A DNA stretch of 54,272 nucleotides, filler included, from Sphacelaria rigidula (Eukaryota), in assembly GCA_964200075.2 (NCBI GenBank). It is 5 parts of 5 records of this genome, joined end to end, with 100 filler letters (N's around TTAATTAATTAA, not from the genome) between each part and the next. Parts side by side here need not be neighbours in the genome. Positions count along the whole stretch, not along the records: positions 43,499 to 54,272 come from CAXNAA020005939.1; 4 more parts are not named here. The stretch is one strand, 5' to 3'. This document shows positions 47,545 through 54,272 of the stretch, piece after piece. Every line of letters starts with the position of its first letter. The stretch's first letter is position 1. The notes under the pieces are model-generated. The model did no database searches, was not told the origin of the DNA, and was given only the letters and a program-made list of their open reading frames with translations. The translations under genes were made by a program, and so were the position numbers.

Positions 47545-49394
47545 CCTGTAGTTGCGGGCAGCCATGCGTACACTTGTCACTATGAAGCGAGTGTCGATGA
47601 TAATGGAGTAGCGATGATTGCTGGCAGTGGCATGGTCGGCAAAGACATGAGCCGGACGGCTTAATACAGAAGTATGATTGCGAAGGTCACGTATGAAGGC
47701 GTCGTTGGGGGTGTAGTTGTGACCCTTACTGCCGCCAGGCTCCTCGTCGTTGGGTAGTGAAGGGTGTATAATATAGACGCGATAGCACTTGCTGTCCTTG
47801 CCATACCTAACCAATCGTCTTCCGACTGCCTCGGGAGATAGTTTCTGAGTGCCCCCATTGGTGTGGACGAACGCCTTGGCCGTAATGACTCGAGGATGTC
47901 TTCGATCTGGTTTTCTCCCCTGCAGCATCTTGTACGGACATTGCATTCTTAGCGCAGAGTGCGGTGCTCTGTTTGCAAGGTAGGATGTCCTGAGTATTGA
48001 TTCCCCCTAGGGAAAGGTCGGTAGACCGCTGTCGGCAAGCATGCACCGGACATTGGCTGCAAGCGTCCTCCCTACGCGTTCTGACAGGCCGATTTGTTGT
48101 GGTGTATTGGTGCTCGCAAACTCTAGCAATATGCCTGTCTGCCGGCAGCACGTTCTGAAATCGTCGCCAATAAACTCACTCCCTTTGTCTGCCCTGAGTC
48201 GTTCGACCCGAACGCCACTGGGCCCACCCATGGTCATGACCAGTTGCAAGGTGCGTTGCATTTTGTTGTTGGCTGTCTTCGGATAGGCTAGTTGATGACT
48301 TTTCCCAACAGCACAAATGTCACAGTCCGGGACAGTTTCACCGAAGTCCACCCCGTTACTTTCGAATGTTTTAAGGAGGTTCAACCTTTTGCTGTTCAAG
48401 TGCCCTATCCGCCGATGCCGCAGCGTGGCGACGTCTGCAGCTTGCATAGCCTGTCCAGGCACGTCGTTGCCGTTGATTACTTCTAGAGAAAACAATTACA
48501 GGTCACTCTCCAGCTCCTGGAGCGGAACGGTGCAGTTGTTTGTTTCCAGTCTTGGGTTGTTCATCTCGAAAATAGATACCACTCCATTTCGTGTCGCTTG
48601 CTTGACGGAGAACAGATTCCACCATCCCAAGCCAGGCACGACCAAACACGAAATCTGGACCAGGCGTTTGACCGCTTCGTCGTCTTTGATGTGTCCACGG
48701 AGCAGTCCCTTACTAACCCCTGGCAGTTGGTGCCCCCCTGCGGTGGTGATCCTACACGGGATCGCCAGTCCCTGGTAGTTGTAGAGTTTGTGCCGTAGCC
48801 CCGGGATGAGGGTATCGTCAAAGTAATATTCCGACGCGCCACTGTCTACCATGACACTGACAGGGCTGACAGAGCTGTGGCTGACCTCCTTCCACCTGTC
48901 AAGAGCGGGTCCCGCCGCGAGAGCTGACCCATCGTCAGCGTCGGTGATACCGTCAAATGTTTCAGCGTTGTCGTCGGGGTTCGACGTGGCTCGGTGGTGT
49001 ATGAGCCCCCAAACATCAACCAGACGTAATGAACCACGGCTATTATGGCCAACGCGCGGACTATTGAGGAAAGTGCCTCCTTGATTCCTCGCAATATGTT
49101 GTGAGTCCCACGTCGGAACTCCAGATCCCCGGTCTCCTCGGCCCTGTCCGTCCCTTCGAAGACACCGAAGAGTCTGCTACTGTCAAATGAGGCAACGGGT
49201 TTGTTCGTCGGAGCGACCGGCCAAAGGTTGTCCGTTTCCCGTGGATATTGTGTTCTGGGCGCTTCTAAGGCATTGAAGGAGATGGGCGGGGTCTTCTCCC
49301 TTGCACCCTTGCACCGGTGACTGGTGGGTAACCCGACCTCTGGGCGAGATTAGCTGCTTGCTAGTTGTTTGCTGCCTGCTGATTGCGCCGTTGC

Positions 49395-50293
49395 AAGAAA
49401 CGGCACTCTTCGTCGCCGTGGGTTGTTGACATGTGGAAGGAGCACCACTACTTGCCTTCTGTCCCCTTTTCCTTGTCTCCCCCTGCCAGTGCTTGGGCCG
49501 CGTTTCGAGCGGGGCAAATTCTTTTAACGTGGCCTCGCTTTCCGCAACGGAAGCATATTATGTGGTTTCTTCTGCTATCACCACTCCCATTGGCCTGCAT
49601 GGCAACCCCGCGGCCTGCGACCAAGTTGATGGCATCTGGGCGAGAGAGATGGTCAGTACAAATGGTGCTGACCATGTATCGGAGATCCGCCAAATTCAAA
49701 TCACGCCTCTCGCAGCTAGCAATACGAACCCTTTCGTACTCGGCAGGCAGGGCTTATAGGATTATGTCCTCGTACCGCTCGTCGGGTATACATTGTCCCA
49801 TTCCTTTTAGGCGGTCACGGTAGCCGTCCATGACAAACAGAAAGTCTTCCGGATCATCTCTGGACTGCATCGTTGTAGTGTGAATTTAATCATGGAACTC
49901 CCTTCGTGCCTCTTCGCTGTTGCCGTCATATTTGTTGTGCAGCGCTGCCCACGCTGCTTGTCCGTCCCCGACCCCATTCTGTTGGGTTTTCCCGATATGA
50001 CGTCTGACGGTAATGTTTGCTGATTTTTCCGTGATAAAAAACAGAAAACTAGACATATTATTGTTTGCACCATCCCACGCCGCTGAAGTTGTCGTATCAC
50101 AGGGTGGTGGGTCATTATTCATTACGGTGGATCTGGGTCTTTGCCGCTCCTGCAGGATTTCTGCGGCCGCATTGTGGTGGAGGGACAGCATCACCCAGAG
50201 TTTGTCTTGATATTCCGGGGAGCTCGCTTTGTCCCTACCATCGAACGTTGGACAGAGGTTCAGTACCCCTCGAATACTCTCATTGTCCGCCAT
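49395..50293 (-). pseudogene. gag: Copia gag remnants
   Basis: MADNESIRG...PTFDG...GDGQAAWAALHNKYDGNS, zinc knuckle CFRCGKRGHVKRIC, and a second WCSFHMSTTHGDEEC motif; broken by stops. Confidence 0.88.
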
Positions 50294-50839
50294 GTGAATC
50301 CTGTTCGTCGTTCTGCACCAAGTTCACGAGTAAAGATAAAGGGTGTTCAAGGGTGTCTAAGTATAATTTCCCCGTCACACAATCGGCTTTGCTCACCACC
50401 GCTTGACTCGTCGGTAGCTAAAAACACTAGACCATGTAGAGGAATAGTGCCCGGAAAAGCCCCCCACCACAGCAGCGTCCACTGGATGTGCTGCTTGACT
50501 TCGACTGATGGGTGGCTTCAGAAAAGATATCGATATACAGGTGTTGCAGACAGTCCCACAGCTGTGCCCTTGAATCGTAGACGCGTACAATTTCCCCCCA
50601 AAAGGATCCGACTATTGCCCCGCTGTATTAAAATTACGTATGTTACCAGGTATGCACAGGAAAAGTGCCGTCCTCACTTCGTGACACACTGTTGCAGTGC
50701 CAGACGCACACAGGTGTAGTGCCGTCTTTACTTTGATTCAACTCACGTTGTTTTCCAGCAAAAAACCTTCCTTTTCGCTGCTACCTTCCTTTCTTCCAAA
50801 GTCTGATCCGTAGACGCCAACGCCGAGGCTCAATTAACC

Positions 50840-51161
50840 TGTTAGAAGTATGTCGCTAGGACCCCTTTGACGTGATCGCTAGAGTTGGCGCAATAACACT
50901 TAAGCCAAGCAAGCAGACAAGCTGCTTGGGAGTGTAGACAGAAGATAGTGTTCAAGGTGCCGCTTGCGGGTAAGACAGTCCAAACAACCCACCGTGTTGA
51001 ACAGTCAACCGACAAGAGTGAGAGCAACCCGACTACTGCTCAGCTCCATATCAGACCGAACTATCGTGAGCAGTACCGGCGATCCACACAATGCCTCCAT
51101 ATACATACAGTATCATACGAAGCGTTGACGAGAGTACGCCCCACAGCCTCATTTTCTATAA
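50840..51161 (-). repeat. Copia 5' LTR (about 322 bp)
   Basis: Direct repeat of 45417-45739; followed on the minus strand by the PBS-like motif. Confidence 0.93.
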
Positions 51162-51184
51162 AATGTTACACCTGCTGCAGTAAA

Positions 51185-51488
51185 CAACGTTTTCGTAAGA
51201 TTAAGAGTAGAGCGCTGATTGAGAGTGGTTTTGATAATTCGCTGTAACTTGGCCAATTTTTCATTCCGTGCGTGCTTTTCTTCGCCTCCATCACTGGCGT
51301 GTGCTTACAGCTAGACGTCGACATCCTACTCAGGGATACCAAGGCCCTCAGTGGCAAGCTACTACGGAAAGCACATTGGACCTCGGGGAGGGGCATTTCG
51401 GAACTGAAACGATTCATTCACTAATTGATCGCTTTGCACTCTCAATCGTATCCTCTATAATAATACTCTCAATCTCACGAAAACACGG
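51185..51488. mobile_element. MITE family A, copy 3
   Basis: Collinear with 14795-15090 along its length; TIRs CAACGTTTTCGTAAGATT / AATCTCACGAAAACACGG. Confidence 0.8.
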
Positions 51489-51669
51489 TTAGTAGTATAC
51501 TTATTTATTATTTTGCAGACCTACCTCGAGGTTTCGCACGCCACATATACCGAGGGGCAGACGTGTCACGTGATCACGTGTGTCCACTTACACAAGTGAC
51601 TAGTCTTAACCCCTGTCTTCCACAACATGTTGCCGGTCGGGGGAGTGGTACTACTGCATAACTCATTTC

Positions 51670-52060
51670 CCGATAACTCAGCTGTGAGGTATGCAAAATA
51701 ACTGAACAGTGCATATTCTGGTGAGATTAATAATTATAGAAGATTACTCAGCGATGCACATTTTGGCTGGGGGAGTTATAGAAGATGACTCAGGGGTGCA
51801 CATTCTGGCCGGGTGGGTTATACAGCATACTTCAGCGGTCTTGCAGCGGTGCATATTATGGTCAGGTGAGTTATAGAAGATAACTCAGTGGTGCACATTC
51901 TGGCCCGGTGAGTTATAGGCGATAGCTCAGCGCTGCACATTCTGGTCGGGTGAGTATAGAAGATAACTAAGTGATACATATTCTGGTCGAGCGAGTTAGA
52001 GAAGATGACTAAGTGATGCATATGTTCCGCCGGTGAGTTATCAGCATAATAACTGAGTTG
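51670..52060. repeat. Minisatellite, unit about 43 bp (same family as 45015-45250)
   Basis: About eight or nine degenerate units of ACTCAGCGGTGCACATTCTGGCCGGGTGAGTTATAGAAGATA. Confidence 0.8.
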
Positions 52061-52213
52061 ACTCATGGGGTGTCCGACGTTTGCTTTGCTTGCCTGAAAA
52101 ATATCTGAACTACCGCGTCGGAACGTACATTGCAGCACATTATACAGTACAATACATTGCAGTACATGTAACGGCACACTTTGATGCGGAACACCACGGT
52201 ACACGACGTTGTA

Positions 52214-52762
52214 CAGTAGTGGGCGGTCTAACTATTCAGCGGGGTTTGGGGGTTTTCCTCGCGTACTACTCTTCGATAGAAATCGAAATCGCTAGCGTCG
52301 GTAGATTATGGTACAATAAACATACCATCCTCAAAACACAGTGCCCAAGTCAGTGCTAGTCAGTGTTATCGGGCGAAACGAGTTCATATCCCATTCATCA
52401 GGAGGGTGTTATTGACCGTGAAACACAGTTTTTCGGCCCTAGTGCAATGAGTGGGCGGAATTAGAAAAAATAAAACTGTACATTTTTTTAGAAATATGAT
52501 CGGGACAGCCCCCATCGACCGAAAATACCGAAGAGTAAGAATCTGGGCTGAAACGTCGCAGGACCCCCGATGACCGGTCAGCCCGTAAGTTGCTCAACAT
52601 TGAGTACAGATGATGTTTTTTCCTTAGAATGTGGAGCGGATACAAATATCTTCAGATCCCCAATGTGATAAGCGGTGGCAAGCGAAAAGAGCCCAAGAAA
52701 ATCGCCAATTACGAGAGAATCACAAAATGCCCCAAAATGAATAGTTAGACCGCCCATTAGTG
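52214..52762. mobile_element. Tc1/mariner-superfamily non-autonomous element (about 549 bp)
   Basis: 25-bp TIRs CAGTAGTGGGCGGTCTAACTATTCA / TGAATAGTTAGACCGCCCATTAGTG (2 mismatches), flanked by TA on both sides. Confidence 0.85.
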
Positions 52763-53159
52763 TAGTACGATACCGCGGTACATACGGCGCAACGGTTACT
52801 TGCAACAAAGAATAGATAAACCGCAATGTAAAATTCTGCACTATGTCTCTCACAACGACGGTGGGAGGTTTCATGAACTCCAACGGGACGACAGTGCACC
52901 ATTGAATTGTTCTGGGCAGTACGAGTAGGCTAGGAATCGTTCAGACCCGTCTTCTAGCTGAAGATACTCACACGAGACTGGCAAGAGTGCGGACCTGTAC
53001 CAAAGGCAAGGCATTGTGCGCGCCGAGCATTTCAATTTCGCTCAAGATGATGAAGCGAGTGCTGATACCATGGCGGCGGCAGGGCGGTCGCCTGCAGTGA
53101 TACCGAACGCCATTATTCCGTGACTGGTGCCTATACTGCACGTCCCGTAGTTTCAATCA

Positions 53160-53452
53160 GGGTAAACACACGTAGCTCACGTACGTAACTCTCATAGCTC
53201 ATAATATACGGCAAACATGCGTTGGTCATGTAGCTCTCATCGCTCATCCAGGGCGAACGTGCATACCTCATGTAGCTCTCATGGCTTACCCAGGGCGAAT
53301 TTTCGCTAATGAGCTACGGGTCGGTAGCTCACCTAGGGCGAACATGCGAGGCTCATGTGGCTCTCACAGCTCACCCAGGGCAAGCTCATGTATACCTCTC
53401 ATAGCTCAGCAAGGAGCAACGCTGAAAAAGAGCTGATGGTCTGTCCGACGCG
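53160..53452. mobile_element. MITE family C, partial second copy
   Basis: Same AGCT-rich internal repeats and right end AGCTGATGGTCTGTCCGACG. Confidence 0.65.
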
Positions 53453-54272
53453 TGAATATTTCCTATTTCCACAGCTATAAAAAGTTTCCAGCAACGGAAA
53501 CTCTTTTCCGAGAAACCAACGGCGTCACTTTACTTCTCATGAAACTACAGTAGTATTCCCATTTTTTTCATTTCGAGAGGGTGCGGAACAACCCCGGAAC
53601 ATTTTATTTTATGAAGCCCAAAGAAAGCCGACGAAATCATCCTCCTCTCACATGGTGAGAGCCGTCCCGAATGTGCAAAGGAGGTACATAATAGGCTCTC
53701 TGGCTTTATCGACATCGGAGCAACAATGCGCGACAAGGTAACCTATTCATGGAGGAAGTTTCGACAGTCTGAGACGAATACAATCCTCAGTTGGTTGTTT
53801 TTGCAAAACTTCAATTAATATGTAACTTTTTGGAAGGCCACTTGAACCCCATTTTAGTGTTCAACCTCACTTACTTTTCAGGATTCCACTGTCCACATTT
53901 CAATGTTTACTACACACGCGGCCATTCGGCTACCCCGATGAAAATCCTCGATCGCGATTTTCATCCTCTTGAAGGTAAAATACTCTCCAGAGGGTATTTC
54001 ATCCCCGTGCGCGGTGATGAACGAATCCTGTGGAGGGCATGTGTTGCTGCGGTGATTTCTGAGATCTGAATCCTTCGAGAGTAACATAGAAGATGGTGCT
54101 CTGGAGGGCCGCGCATCCTCCAACTTCCTCCGGATGGATGCGCAGCCCTCCAGAGGCGAAACAAACCTCCGGAGGTGACACTTTCTACGATAGCCCCCCC
54201 CCCCAAAACCAGCTGAAAGTGTCACGAAAAAAATGGCCATACAGCGCCTGGTGTTCGGGTTCAGGCTGCATG

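Larger units (their letters stand above)
45850..48860 (-). pseudogene. pol: Copia pol remnants (protease, GAG-pre-integrase, partial integrase, partial RT, RNase H)
   Basis: Motifs MVDSGASEYY; HRRIGHLN...CDICAVGK; RLRADKGSEF...TPQQIGLSER; MGDVSLVLGVEV; MYLAQVTRYD...AAKHLLRY; AAQSTMEAELVAA...YIDN...RVKHVALRYFFI; TKDQLADIGTKYL. Many stops, frameshifts and deletions. Confidence 0.92.
45417..51163 (-). mobile_element. Ty1/Copia LTR retrotransposon, both LTRs present, internally deleted and degenerate
   Basis: LTRs at 45417-45739 and 50840-51161. TGTTA direct repeat at 45412-45416 and 51164-51168 (TSD). PPT AGGGGGAG (minus, 45740-45747). PBS-like GGTTAATTGAGCC (minus, 50839-50827). Domain order is gag, protease, integrase, RT, RNase H. 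Confidence 0.96.

Noticed and set aside
47214-47946. Poly-Q/H/R and poly-N/D proteins
   Set aside because: These are translations of the compound microsatellite inside the dead Copia element.
51670-52060. CRISPR-like array (also 44400-44700 and 45015-45250)
   Set aside because: Degenerate tandem units with no unique spacers, no cas genes and a eukaryotic context.

Overview
This is eukaryotic, intron-rich, transposon-rich DNA, most likely from a brown alga (Phaeophyceae); that assignment is an inference from the EsV-1-7 cysteine repeats and the gene and intron style. The window is not contiguous. It consists of five near-equal blocks (1-10775, 10876-21650, 21751-32524, 32625-43398, 43499-54272) joined by identical 100-nt N44-TTAATTAATTAA-N44 linkers, so adjacency across linkers cannot be assumed. 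Shared MITE families suggest one genome or close relatives. Block 1 is a degenerate Ty3/Gypsy LTR retrotransposon with a very long gag-side ORF; its integrase ends in a chromodomain followed by a PWWP/Tudor-like domain. Block 2 holds the last three exons of SEC11 signal peptidase (+), a complete 3-exon gene (-, about 901 aa) fusing a LIS1-type LisH/coiled-coil N-terminus to 11 EsV-1-7 repeats, and a divergent first exon. Block 3 holds the last five exons of a CASP/Coy1-type golgin (+), with a tRNA-headed SINE-like element and a LINE 3' end in its introns. Block 4 holds ten exons of a Sec24 COPII gene (-). Block 5 holds a perfect hairpin with arms of at least 105 bp, a decayed Ty1/Copia element with both LTRs, TSD and a nested foldback element, plus MITEs and minisatellites. 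The best novelty candidates are the LIS1-N/EsV-1-7 chimeric protein and the chromo plus PWWP-like integrase tail. All domain calls are by-eye motif recognition, not database searches.
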